64,000 nucleotides of DNA from the NCBI GenBank assembly GCA_965153285.1, contig OZ229111.1; one strand, 5' to 3'. A program made the translations under genes and the position numbers. The notes under the pieces were generated by a model. It saw only the letters and a program-made list of their open reading frames with translations, had not been told where the DNA came from and ran no database searches. This DNA comes from Podarcis tiliguerta. Taxonomy: Eukaryota. This document shows, one piece after another, positions 1-36,300 of the stretch (the first letter of the stretch is position 1; each line of letters opens with the position of its first letter).

Positions 1-500
1 GTCTGTCTCGTGGCAAATATGCTTGTGTAAGCTGCAAAATATTCTCTTTCCCCCTGTTTCTTGGCTTCCTCAAACCAAATAAGCAAAATATACATGCTTG
101 TGGGAAGGATATGCACAATTAATTTTTGAATTACTTAGAGATACCAACTGTTGCTGGCTTTCTAAGATTGATAGGTGTCAGTGAGTTCAGCACTCCTGGC
201 AACTCCAATGCATGGGGCAAGGAGGGCAAGCCAAATGCTTTCACTCTACTGCAGGAGACCTCAGAGCAGTTCACGGATCAGCTCAAAGTATTCTAGAGGC
301 AGCTTTCAGTTCAAAGGCCAAATACTATAGATGACTGATTGGTGGAAGCATCTCATAGAGCCTTGGTTTGGATCATAGTTTCGGTCAGAAGTATTAAATT
401 CTGTTGCTTTTGAAAGTTCAAGGGAGAGTTGGTGGGTACAAGAAGTTAAACTGGGCTTGCGATGTGATATTGAACTGCAGCCTGTTCTTTCTCTTGGTAG

Positions 501-23364
<22,864 letters not shown>

Positions 23365-23950
23365 GCAAACAGTGAAACCGTACTCGGTAAGTCCCATATT
23401 CGGTGAGATGGGAGAGGGAGAAAACCCTAAGAAGGGAAAGGAGTGACCAAAGTAGGAAGAATGAATTGAATGTTGGAGCTAATTGAGATGGAAAGATGTA
23501 GGCCAGCTTGTAGTCAGTTGTCCTCTCAGTGATGCAGAATCTGTGCTTCAGTGATACTGAGCAGAGGCTCTTGAGAATGTGAATGTGGAGATCAAATATC
23601 CCATATAGGAAGCAATCTACTACCCTTGTGGGATGTGTCAGGAGATGGCAGTGCAGGAAAGCCCATATTCCCCAGCCACAATTCCTCTTATCCTGATATT
23701 TGAGGTTCCGGCCTTCCGTATTGATATTTGCTTATGAATTAATGTAGCGGAAGAGTTCAAAGTCCACCCTACTCCGGCTTTGACCCCAATTTGCCAGTAC
23801 GGCAATCAGTCTGCCCAAGTTAGTTGTGGCTGTGTATCCTGCAGACATACTAGTAGATAGCATGAGCAACATGCTGTGGAAGGGGGAGTCAGGCTCTAAT
23901 GTGCTCTGCTGGTTACTTTTATTTAATACTGACTGTCTTTTTTCTCTCAG

Positions 23951-26900
23951 GTTCCTGTGTGCGCTGGGAGGAATACTGGGAACTCGTCCACAACCCAGTG
24001 TTACAAATCCCTGTTAATGGGGGGTTAGGGAGGACGGGAAGAGCATTGTGGGACATAAAATGACTTCACTCCCCATCTCCTGAAATTTACAAAGTTGGGG
24101 GGGAGGGTGGGCCTCCGTGACCAATTTAAACAAAAACCAGGGTATCTCACTAGCGGAAGGAAAAGGTCTCTACTCAGAGGCCATCGTTGGTGGAATGGGG
24201 TGGGGTGGGACTCGGACCTGGGCTGAGAAAGGGGAGCAATCTTAAACTGCAACACTCTTGAGAAGGGGATCTAACTAGGGGCCATCATAAAGGACTAGCT
24301 AATAATAATAAATAATAATAAATAAAGGATCGGGTTTAAGATGTTAAAATGGGATTAAAAGATACAATGGTTTAAAACCAGCTGATGAAGAGGGAAGAGT
24401 TAAAACTCAATCCAAGGGGGTTATACTGCTGTATATTTCCAGTCACCGGTGTTCAAGAGATCAGCTATTCACCTTTTCAAGACTGCATGGTGACCAAGAA
24501 GTAGACTAGTGAACCTGTGAGTAGCCCATAATGACTAAGTGTAAGCATTTTCATCTAGGAATCTTAAGGAAACCCACAAACCCTTTTTGCCATAGTTGCC
24601 ATGGCACTGTGTGCTGGATGTGATGCTTGGAGCAAAGGCAGCCTCTGACTTTGTGGGGACCTGCCAGCCATCTAGGGAGCAGTCCCTATCATAAGAAATA
24701 CTGTTGGAGAAGCATGTCTTTATTTTTTAAGAAGATGCCGCAGTGCAATGAATCTGTTACCCTGTTGTTCAGCTGTTACTTTGTGACACTGCTATTGCAT
24801 TACTTCAGCTGCAGGAGGCAGGCGAGAGCAAGGAAGGAAACTGAATTCCATCTGTCCATAGGCCAAAGGCTGGCGGAGACCAGTGTGCACTCGGTCATTT
24901 TTATATGGCACACGTTATGTTGTATCCTGCGCTATTGGGGGTCAGAATGGCATTTGTACATACATAATGGTGATTTAAACTTTCTGTCTTAAGGGAGTTC
25001 TATGCCGCATCCACCACTTTGGTTTACAAAAGGAGCAGTAAACATAGCAAAGCATAGAGGAATTAATAAAATAGAGCCCTCCATGCATGGCCAGTGGAAG
25101 CTCGTAGCTTTTGCTGCATGCTTAGTGGAGTAGCTGTCTTAAATAATTCTCATTAGACCCAAATCTGTTCGGTCCCTGGAAATAGAATCTGGGGTTTGCT
25201 GAATGAATTTGAGTTAGTGAAGCCATAGCTTTTTAATTGTAAGTGAAGAGGATGTGAAGTGGAAGCAAGCCTGTTTTCCCAAAGGCAGCTAGGTTATGGG
25301 GAAAAGGGGATACTGCTTCACCTGATGAGAGCAACTTCTGGAAAAGTGGGAAGTGCTGGGGAGGAAAAAATAGTCACCAGGAATATTCTGCAGAGTCAAC
25401 ATGAATAGAGTTTGCCCAAAGAAATGATTGCCGGCAGGCAGCGTGCTGAGGAAGAAGAGACAAGTGAACTGAGCCCCAGCCCCAGCTTTCTTCAGAGCAG
25501 ATCCCAAAGGAACTTGAGCAGCATCAGGATTGGTAGCCAGACAACTGGGTTGAACTGTGCCGCATATCCTGTATTGCTTTGGTGATGGTAGATACAGTGG
25601 TGGGATGACTGAAGAAGAAGATATGTGACAGAGGATGGACACCCGTGTTCTGGGATAAGGAGATGCTTTCTTTGACAGCAATTGACAGTGACACTGAGTA
25701 TAGTGGGGTGAATTTCTGAAAGTGTATTTGTGAGATTGCTCAGTAACTTAAACTTCACTGATATCCCCTCCCATCTCCTTTTTCTTTCTATCCCTGGCCT
25801 CTGTTTCACATGTTGTAGTGCTTGCAGTTCTTTGAGATTTGTCATAGAACTTGCTGGGGCATTATTGTGCAGGCTTTTTTTTTAACTTGGAGGCAGCACA
25901 TACCTAAGTGAAAGCTGCTCTCCTAATCCTTGAATCCAGTTGCTAGGGACAGCCCTGCACTCTTCTAGGATAGCTAGTTCAAAAAAAAAAAAAAAAATGA
26001 TAGTAAACTTGCAAATGCATTCCTCAATTCGTCTTTTTAATAGTGTGGAACTCGAGCAGGTCTCTGGAAGCAATCAGCTAGTTCTTTGCATTTTAATGAT
26101 TTTATTACAAGCGTTCCCTCTCGTGCCTCAGTTTCAACTTTCCCTATCCTGCAACGGGGAAAGCCAGAGGGTTCTATTTGGGAAGCAATTGGTTTTTAAA
26201 ATGGGCAAGAAATGTGCACAGATGGCAGGCAGAGTCCTGGCTTGTGCTTCTCAACTGAAGGCTTGTGAACTCTTCATTCATCCAGTGAAGTTTAAGCTAC
26301 TTGACCTGACTGCCTCTTGAAATGAAATTTGTCTTTTGTACAAGTGCTTCTAGTATTGCCTCCTGTTCGTTAATCCTGGATTTGTATATTTGTAAATGTG
26401 CCGTAATGTTTCCAATGGTGGAACTGCAGTGTACCTAGTGTTGAAGCAGCTGCTTGCACCTTGCTCAAATGAGATTTTTCTCATTTTATGTATAATTTTT
26501 TTGTCAACTAAAAAATTCTTGTGACTCCAGTTTCCATGTTTCTGCCCAGTTTTTCACCCCATAACTGAATGTTTTGTATATTTCTGGCACAGGTCTGAGT
26601 GGCCAGAAAATTCAACCAGGCTGAAGAGCCTCTCTTACTGTAGAATTCAAAAAAACAAACAAAAAACAATCAACTCACAGTTTAAACACATTTAACTTTT
26701 GTGAATTCAGCTTTACGTGCTTATCCAGGAAAAAAATTAAAGGGGGTGAGTGTCTGAGGGGCAGGGGGAACCTTGGCAATGTCACCTGCCACTGCACTCA
26801 CCTTGGGAAAGTGTGTTTTGACTATACAGTACACAAATTTGGCTTTATGCACTAGGTCCATGATATAACCTGTATAAGTTGAAACTTAATTTTATTAAGT

Positions 26901-27210
26901 CTTTACTAACTCTTCTATTGGCCTGCTCTATTATGAGGGTAGTACTTCTGACATTACGTGGGAAGCTGCAAAACCCTCTTCTAGTTGGATTTAATAGAAT
27001 TTTCAAATTGTCACAATGCCAACTTTTATATTGGTAGAATATACCCATTAGCTCAGAAGTGCACCAGTGTTATGTGGGATGATGTAATTGTATTTCCACC
27101 ACATATAAATATCCCAAAGTGACATCATTAATTCGTGATTTACCTTGGTGTGCTTCCTCTAATCCTTAGTTGTATGTCTTTGCCAATAAAGGCTGAAGCT
27201 GCTTAAATCC
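23951..27210 (+). other. TNPO2: TNPO2 terminal non-coding (3'UTR) exon
   Basis: Donor CG|GTAAGT after 23386, 22 nt past the stop. Acceptor TTTTTTCTCTCAG|G ending 23950. Repeat-poor AU-rich sequence ends near AATAAA at 27185-27190. The 3' end is approximate. Confidence 0.7.
24301..24326 (+). repeat. (AAT)n/AATAAA microsatellite in the TNPO2 3'UTR
   Basis: AATAATAATAAATAATAATAAATAAA. Confidence 0.8.
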
Positions 27211-28094
27211 CTTTGGCTTTATTGACCAGCACCTTGAATTGAGTCCAGGTCAACAGGAAATCAATGCAGATTCTCAACCAACTTTTCAGAAAAGGGCAGG
27301 TTAGAAAGGCAGTTTCCTGAGAAATACATATCTACATTGAATTCTAGGGGCGAGACTGACTTGCAGTCCTTTTGAAACAGCATAAGGTATTAACTATTCC
27401 TGGCAAGCCTAGTGGGCTTCAGTAGGAGAGAATGGTAAAAGACCTGTTCCCATTCTAAATATACAGCAACTGTCATTAAAAAAGAGACGTGGATGCGCCA
27501 GAAGCAGCGGACAAACACCGGCTCCCTCAGCCTGTAAAGCGAGATGAGCGCCACAACCCCAGAGTTGTTCGCGACTCAACTTAACTGTCAGGAGTCCCAT
27601 TACCTATCATTAAAAAGCTTGTGTTGTTAATTAATATACTACTATTGAGTTATTAGTATGGCTAACAGTAGTAATTCACTTTTCTGAACAAGTTCTTCCT
27701 CACTGGTGAATAACATGTTCAGAAAATTAGACCTTGATGTTTAAGGGCTTTTGGGAAGTTCTGTTGACATAAGCTCTGTTACATTTTTATTTAACAGTGT
27801 GAAGGTTATGTGTGTACATTATCCAATTCCCATTTTCTTAGTTAAAAAAATCTGACACCAGCATATTGGGCATGTTCACACATTGCACTGAACACTGGTG
27901 CAAGCTGCCTGTACATACAGAAGTGTTATGTGTGGAAGAGTGCACATTTTTTCCTTTGTCCAGCTCAACTAGTGTGCACATGGACTGTACACTCATTGAT
28001 TGAGAACCTCCCTATTGGCTCATACTAAAATTTGCTGATTAGAACATGTCACTCAAACGCATGTCAGTTTATAGTTTAAAAATACATTGAACAA

Positions 28095-28223
28095 TGGCTC
28101 AGTATAGCTTAAGACTCTTAATCTCAGGGTTGTGGGTTCAAGTCCCACGTTGGGCAAGTCCTGCATTGCAGAGGTTTGGACTCTTACCCTTGTGGGTCCC
28201 TTCCAACTCTACAGGTCTATGAT
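28095..28223 (+). mobile_element. tRNA-derived SINE with CR1-like tail
   Basis: tRNA-Lys-like head GACTCTTAATCTCAGGGTTGTGGGTTCAAGTCCCAC and CR1 tail GTCCCTTCCAACTCTA...CTATGAT. Confidence 0.7.
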
Positions 28224-28419
28224 GAAAACAACTATTCCAAAACTATAAATGACTGCAGTTGCCTTATATTATTCTTTAAAACCTAGTCTGAAGACATGTT
28301 CTTAATCTTGTCTTTTGAGCTGTCCATGTTTGTCTTACTAACCATTAGCAAATCGCAGCCAGTTACGGCAAAGGAATAAACTAAGCTTACAAGATAGTAC
28401 TATGACTACTCGGACAATA

Positions 28420-28950
28420 CTGAAATGGCGATCCTGTGCTCTTACGTGCCTACTAAGAGGGAAGCCGGGCCTTCCTTTGACACGCCTAAGCGGCCTCGAC
28501 CTGATCCCGTTGACCGGAGGCAGCTGCCGCTGCGCGAAAACGCCGCTTTAGCAGCCCTGGGTTGCTCCCCGACACGCAACACGCCGCAGTGGTCCCGAAG
28601 GCAGCGCGGAGCCGCCTGGCCTGAAATGGTCGGACTCGGCAGAGAGCCGGGCTTCTGACGTCACTACGCCGCGCCGGAAATGTTTTCTCCTTGGAGACGG
28701 GACGCGAGAAGGCGGCGGCTCAGCCCTGTCAGGATCCTGGAGAGGCTGCCTTGACTCCATGATACTCGCCGCTCCGCTTCGGGAGAAAGGTCGAGGCAGC
28801 TCGGCCCACGGGTGAGAGGGGCCATGGGGCAGAAAGGAGGCAGGAAGGCACCGCGGGGTGGAAGGAGGGCGGGCGGGCGTCGGTCTCCGCCGTCTTCGCC
28901 TAGGCGCTGCCCAGCCTTCTCCATGGCTTCCGGGGCGGGTGTGACTCCTG
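28420..28950 (+). promoter_or_regulatory. CpG-island promoter and non-coding first exon of FBXW9
   Basis: CpG-dense segment. YY1-like AAATGGCG 28423-28430, CRE TGACGTCA 28656-28663, ETS-like CCGGAAAT 28674-28681, donor CGG|GTGAGA after 28811. Confidence 0.75.
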
Positions 28951-30041
28951 CGTTGCTTATGGGATTACCTGCGAGTTGGATTTGGCATTTCTCTTTGCAC
29001 CTGCCTGCAACGTCCTCTTGCTTTGCCTCCCGGACTTCTGCAGGATGATTCTTGGATTGGGAAACGGAAATAATAATTCCTCCTCCACTTGGTTATCGTC
29101 TCTATTACTTAGGAAAGAGAACATGGCTCCTTTCAGACCTGTCAGTGCGAAAAAGGGCTCTGCCCCCAATTTCCTTATCCACATGCAGGTTCTGCTGTAT
29201 AAAACAATACAGCTGCGTAAGAACATGAATCATTCCCAAAATATAATTGTAAACGAGCCTCTTGCATATTTTATAATGCCATCCTTCATCCATAGATCTC
29301 AGGGCGATTCACAAAGTATATACCTCAATGAGCGTGAGCTTACGTTTGCAGGGTAATCTCATTTATATTAGGTCTAATTTGAAACAAACCCATCTCATCA
29401 ACACAAAGAAGCCTTTCTCTTTTCTAATCTTTCAAATTTGTCAGAGTTGAAAATCCCTTTTCACTTCAATTTGTCGTGGAGAACTGCAGAAAAATAGCCA
29501 GTGCTCTTGAAGAGAGGCATAGATCCTGTTTCTGATTGTATATCCGTATATACTACACTACACTGAAATTTTAAAATATTTCTATGATAGTCCTTGAATC
29601 TTTGTGCCACACTTGCCATCGTCTCCTGCCACACCTTTGAGAACCACTAAGCATAGATGTGGTGTAGTGGTCAGTGTATTGGACTAGGACCTTGGAGTCC
29701 AAGGTTAAAATCCCAACTCTGCCATGAAGCTCACTGAGAACTTTGGACCAGCTATTGTCTCAAAGCATAGCCTTCCTCACAGGGTTGTTGGGAGGATAAA
29801 ATGGGGAGCAGGAGAGCCAACTTGAGCTCATTGAATTAAATGTACTAATAAAATAAGATCTTATTCTTCCAGTTGTCCATTTAGTTGTTTATTTTTTTAA
29901 GAAGTTACACCTCTGGTTTTGTGGATAAAAACACAGGCCCCATGTAAAAATATATTTTTTGCTTACACTTCATAGAATATCTGTTGTCCATTAAAAATAG
30001 TTGTACCCTTACTGAAAAATTATAGTGATAGTAGTAAAATA

Positions 30042-30291
30042 CAGTCATACCTTGGATCCCAAACGCCCTGGAACTCGGACATTTTGACTCCCGAACACCG
30101 CAAACCTGGAAGTGATTGTTCTTGTTTGTGAATGTTCTTTTGGAACCCGAACATCGGACGGTGCTTCCGCTGCTCTGATTGGCTGCAAGAGCTTCCTGCA
30201 GCCAATCAGAAGCTGTGATTTGGTTTTCAAACATTTTGGAAGTCAAATGGAGTTCCGGAACAGTTTCCGTTCGACTTCTGAGGTACGACTG
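30042..30291. mobile_element. Tc1/mariner-type MITE with internal palindrome
   Basis: TA|CAGTCATACCT...AGGTACGACTG|TA. Internal inverted repeat TCTGATTGGCTGCA/TGCAGCCAATCAGA. Confidence 0.75.
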
Positions 30292-30352
30292 TAGTATATG
30301 ATTATAGATTTACATTTTACCATAGCTCTCACTTTTTGTTCTTGATACAGGT

Positions 30353-33300
30353 ATGGATGCTGCTCCTGATTCTTCTACTGAACACCAAGACTCTGATAAT
30401 GATTCTGACACAGAGAGCAAAGTGGATCCAGATACCCAGGCCCAGGAATACTTTGAACGTGTACTTGGATCTTCAAGTCAGTCTAGTCAGGCATCCCAGT
30501 GCCTTCCTCCCACATCTCTCTCAGTAAGTGATAAGGCCCAAGTATCAGATCACAGGTCTCCTCCTCTGGAACTGAAAAAGTCTCCTGTTAGTGATGATAC
30601 AGCTTCAGGGCTGTTATCTCTTCCTCTGGAGCTGATCTTGGAGATCTGTTCCTACCTGAAGCCCAGATTTGTCCTGGGTGTCCTTCCTTTGGTCTGCAAG
30701 ACACTGAGAGACATTCTGCAGGATGAAGTCACTTGGAGAATTCGTCTGCTAAAGAGGATCGGCAGCAGCTATCCAGTTGTGGAAGGTGGGTTCCCTTTCT
30801 GCCTACCATATTTTATTATCTTGTTAACTCAAGTATGAACTAACCTTTCCAGATCAGCTTTGTCAATTATAAGATAATCACTGTTCTCAGACCTGCATTT
30901 TAAAAGACACAGCACAAAAAGAAATGGGATTGGGCATGGAGGAGGACTAAAGCGAACTCATGTCTTCTTAGATGCCAAAGTTCTTATGTGTGTGTGTGTG
31001 TGGTTTTTTTTTCTGGCAGGGAGTAAACTCCTTACAGCTGCTCCTTCTTTGGACAGTGGGTGGGGTCTGTTGGTCTCACTGGCTGTGTCCAATGGCAGAA
31101 CCCAGAATATGCTGCCCTTCCACTCTGCTGTTCCAGGGCAACTGGCAGCTGAAATCACTGTTATTTCAGATAGCGAGGCTGAAATGGATGGAAGTTAGTA
31201 CCGTGGTACCTCGGGTTGCAGACGCTTCCAGTTACCAATGCTTCAGGTTACAAACTCCGCTAACCCAGAAATAATATCTGGGGTCAAGAACTTTATTTCA
31301 GGATGAGAACAGAAATCACATGGCGGCGGCGGGAGGCCCCATTGGCTAAAGTGGTACCTCAGGTTAAGAACAGTTTCAGGTTAAGAACGGACCTCCAGAA
31401 TGAATTAAGTTCTTAACCCAAGGTACCACTGTATTCCTGTGGGTTTTTAAACATTATTCTATAAACATTTATGGCTAAGTGTCTTTCTGCCCATTCTTGC
31501 TCTTTAGATTCCATGCCTCTTTTGTTTCAAATTGAAAACCTGCCTTTAATTTTTAGAGAGTTACAGTTGAGCCCAGAATTGGGTGTAATGTTGACACCAA
31601 ACTGATAGTGCTGAGTGCTGGCTCTGCAATGAAAGATAATGTCCTTTCAGTCTCCAAAGTTTTCCGAATTGATGAAAGCCCACTTTGATGGTTATATAAC
31701 TACTGTTTTCTCTCTTTCAGAACACTTGTATGGAAAAGCAATGGATAATGTTGTAAATAAGATACAGTACAGTGGTACCTCAGGTTAAGAACTTAATTCG
31801 TTCCGGAGGTCGGTTCTTAACCTGAAACTGTTCTTAACCTGAAGCACCACTTTAGCTAATGGGGCCTCCCACTGCTGCTGCGCCACCGCAGCGCAATTTC
31901 TGTTCGTATCCTGAAGCAAAGTTCTTAACCCGAGGTACTATTTCTGGGTTAACGGAGTCTGTAACCTGAAGTGTCTGTAACCTGAAGCGTCTGTAACCCT
32001 AGGTACCACTGTATATACATTTGCTTACCTTGCCTGAGTTTTTTCTACAAAGCCCAAAGGAAGAATAGCATCTCTTTATGCCTTTTTCACATCTCAGCAG
32101 ATGATGCCTTTAACTGGCCAGCTGCCTGCATTGAACTAGAGGAGCACCTCCAACAATGGGCAGAAAATGGCAGGAACACAGAGCACTTTTCCCTTGCTGA
32201 GGGACACTTTGCATCAGTTGACTCTGTGCTGCTGCTCCAGGTAAAAGTCACATTTCCTGTGCCGCTTTTATTTGTACAATGTTAATGATTGATAGAGTCT
32301 GTGAACAAGCAGTCATGAAGTTAGGAGTGTGTTCTGAAATATTATTTTGTCATAACCTCTCTGTGATTACTCATCTGAGAAATCAGTCTTACAAAATTAA
32401 TTCATCTAAATTGTCAGCAGAAGTTCCATTTCTTACACATTGCATTCCATTCCTTAGAAGAGAGGGCTGACTCTGGATTTAAACCTCTAAGACTGACAGT
32501 GGACATTGCATGAGTGGAACAATTTCAGCTCACTTAACCAAACTTTGCATCCTCCCCCAGTGCACCCCCCTAAATCTGCTTTGGAGGTTTGGGAGACCCC
32601 CAGAGCTAGAGGAGAAGGAGAGAGAAGTTGTTCCACTGCTCATGCAATAATTTTGTTGGTTACAACCCAGAATATTTTAGCTGGGAGGATTCATGGTCCG
32701 GTATGCTGAGTGGAATACCAGCAATGGCATGCACCTTAACTACTTTTTTTTAAAGTTAACATTTATGATTACAGTGTTCAATTTGAAAATTATACAGTTA
32801 GTGGGTTGTGTCCAGTTGTGTTCTTCCACATCGGGAAGGTGTGTGATCCAGCCGACACTTCGATGAATGGAGGGTAGGAAGAATTATCCTGGTCTCCTCC
32901 CTCTATGCACTGTTCTGGGGGTTCTCCTGCCCCGCCAACCCTGAGCCAATTTCAGTGGATGTGTGGGGTGAAGGGAGAAGCCCTGATGTGGAAGTCCTTG
33001 TGCATATCCTTCATGCAGAGGTGGTTTTTTGTTTTTTTAGTGCCTGCCTCTCAAGAAGGAAGGCCAGCAAATAGAAGGCTACATAGCCTCTTTCTGTTCT
33101 TCCTACGGAATAAATGCACAGAGGGACAGATTTGTCTAAACTATTGATTGTATATTGTCTAGACCAGCATTTCCCAACCTTGGGCCTCCAGCTGTTTTTG
33201 GACTACAACTCCCATAATCCTCAGCTAGCAAGACCAGTGGTCAGGGATGATGGGAATTGTAGTTCGAAAACAGCTGGAGGCCCAAGGTTGGGAAACACTG

Positions 33301-36300
33301 GTCTAGACTACATTATACAGCTCGATGATTAAGCCCCTTATGGGAAGAAACACTGGTTGTACCAGAACAGCGTCTTTAAGTTGATTTACGAGTTGATGTT
33401 GCTTCTACTAATACACGATTGACTGAAAGAAAAAGATTTCTTCAGTGATTTATTTGTTTGCTTGTTCACACTCCTTACTCTGGAATAGTTGCTTTGGTGA
33501 TACATTTTTGTATGACTTTGCAATGTGCCGGTATATCACTACCCTGTATATTGTTTGTTGAAGAATCTTAAGAAAGAGGGACAGTGGCTCAGCTTTTACA
33601 GTAATCAGTTGTTTTTCATTGTATCCAGGGTGGGAAGCTCTGTGTCTCAGGTTCTCGGGACCGAAATGTCAATTTGTGGGACCTGAGAGAGCTAGGCAAA
33701 ACACCAGAAAAAGTGCTGGTGAAGGCACTGGGGACAGAGCGCAATGGCACACACAAGGTAACCAGAGTCTGGAGTCTATGGCCCCTAGGTCATGTAGTGG
33801 TAGTACTTTAATTCTATAATTATCCTATCCTGTAAATGTTTAATCCAGAAGCACTACTGTTGCTAACGTCTAGAACACTTAAATACACAGAAGATTAATG
33901 AGTAGCAGAAATAGCATATCAGCTCAAAATTTCCACACATACATCCCCCTTCTGAAAGATTCATGGCCAGTTCTCCCAGATCAATCTGTTTCTTACCTGG
34001 CACTGCCTTGCAGTGAGTGGCAGTTCTCCCACCGTATAACTGCTTCCCGTTGTTCACACTCTTCTTAATATCAACACCACCTCCTAATTGTCCCAGCATT
34101 CTTTTACCTTCCCTATCCCTTCAGAAAACACAGCATGTTAGTCTACAATAGACTGGTCGCCTGTTAGAAGTGTAAAAAGCTTTAAGTTGCCTCTCCAAAT
34201 GGCCAACACCCTTTTGCATCTGGCCACACAGTAAATAGTAGTTATGAGAGGGAAGGGGGCTGGATAGTTGTTGTCTATCCTGGAGGAAAAATGGCCTATC
34301 CTGTCCAGGAAGGAGATGATATCTGAAGGCTGCACTTCTTCCTTGTGATTAGAGAGAAGCAAGCCCTTAGGAGAGGGTGAAGATGTTGAGGCACTGCTAT
34401 TCAGTGTATTCCACGCTCAAAAATTCTGTAATGCAGAGCTGGACCAGTTGCTCCATTCTGAACTGCTGTCTGTTTCCTGGCTTAGCGAAACCCAGTTTCA
34501 CACAGCCAAGCAGAGTTGTATTAGAAATGTCTGTCTTTTGAAAAGGGAAATCCCACAATTGTCCCCTATCCATGTTAGTCTGTTTTGCTGCATTCACCAG
34601 TTCAGGAGGATAGTAGAAAGATTAACTATTCCTTATTCATCTTCGGGAGAGAGTTAATTATCTGGGTCTGTCCATACCTTCTTGGGCTATCCTCTGCAGT
34701 GGGGCAATATCACATGTTCTTTACATGTCACCAGCATGATAATCACAGTGTTACTAAACAAAGGACTGAAGCGCAGTGATGGCTCTTGCTTTTTCTTTTC
34801 ACTGCATAGGGATGGGTTTGGTCACTGGCTGCAAGAGATGACCGTGTGTGCTCTGGCTCCTGGGACAGCACAGTGAAGCTGTGGGACATAGCTGCTAATG
34901 GACAACAGTGTGGAGAAATCAAGTAAGGTTGCCTCTGTGCTCTCCCCTGTGAACGGAGTAGCACTTGGGAGTGGCAGAACCTGGAGTTTTGTTACATGTT
35001 CAGCTGAGTATGATGCCTCATCACAATGTTCTGTGTTGAATCTGTGGGGGCATTATTTAGCAATGCTGATGCATGAGAGGTTTAGCTTGGCTGAAGGCCT
35101 TGTGCTGTTTAGGCAGAACAGAATGTTGCTAAGGAGGATTAGAGGCAAGGAAGGGTGTGGGGTACGAAAACTTGCCTGTAAATAAGATGAGCAAAAAAGT
35201 GGAATCATTCAGGATCACTTTGCCCCTGTAGTAAAGGATTTAAGGTGTTGGTGACAGCACTGGTCACCTTCATTGATTTTGTTGTTGTTGTTTATTCATT
35301 ATAGCCCAAGAGCTCACTAAAAAGCCAGATGAAGGGATTCAGGAGAGGGCAGAAAGAGCAAACAGGGGGAAAGTTGTGTGTTGCATATAGGAAAGAATTA
35401 GTTCTTCTGATTTGTGAGGTCAGGGGAGGCAGAAGTCTCATCTAATGTGTGGCAGGCATTAAGAGGATGGTTGCTTCATCCTACAGGGCGGCATAGAAGG
35501 CAGCAAAATGAGAACTAGCAAATCCCACTTCTAAACCCTATTGGTCTAAGTCTAAGGCTAAGCAGAGGTTGACTGACTTTCATATATTATTTGAAGTGTG
35601 TGCTCTGGCCCTTCACCTGATTCTTCCCTTCTTGTCTTGTTCTAGAGGAAAAGCAGCTGTGTTGTGCCTTTCATATCTGCCTGACATTCTAGTCACGGGA
35701 ACCTATGACAAGAAGGTGTCAGTGTATGACCCTCGAGGTTAGTGTCCGTTGTTTCCTGTGGATACTGGTGCTTTGAGCTGCAACTGCCATGCTCACTTGC
35801 AAGCAGTCAGTGCCTATGGGGTGGCAGGCGTATAGATAAGTTTGCTATCTCCTCTGAGGGAAGGAGAAGGGCTGGGGCAGGCAGCCAGGAAACCCAGCCA
35901 GATACCTCCATTCAGTTCACATAAGTGGCTAGCACGCAGCTGCTTCTGGCAGCCATCTTATCTAGAAAACTCTGCGCAATGAAATAGTGTTTTTTAACGC
36001 TACTTGCTTAGGCTAGAAAAATATGACCTGCTTAAAGGAAATCCTTGCTGCTGTTCTACATCTAATCACTGCAATGGTTAGCTTTGCCTCCTGCCCCAAT
36101 ATTTGTCAGAAGTAGTGAAGAGCTGGCTAGAGAGCACCCAGCAGCTCTGCTACTTAGTTATTGCCCAATGAAAGTGACTTCAGCTGGAAGACTATGGCCT
36201 ACAAGGGAGAGAGAATATCTGTGAGGGGCTTGCTGAATGAGGCATTTCTTTTGTGAGAACTTGGGTAGGTGCCTGGGCTCTGTTAATGCATCTCTTGGTC

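Noticed and set aside
23522-23567. GTGATGC...CTGA with CCTCT/AGAGG flanks in the 3'UTR intron
   Set aside because: Only ~45 nt, too short for a C/D snoRNA.
28095-28156. tRNA-Lys-like sequence
   Set aside because: Degenerate D-arm and acceptor stem, fused to a CR1-like tail. It is a SINE head, not a tRNA gene.
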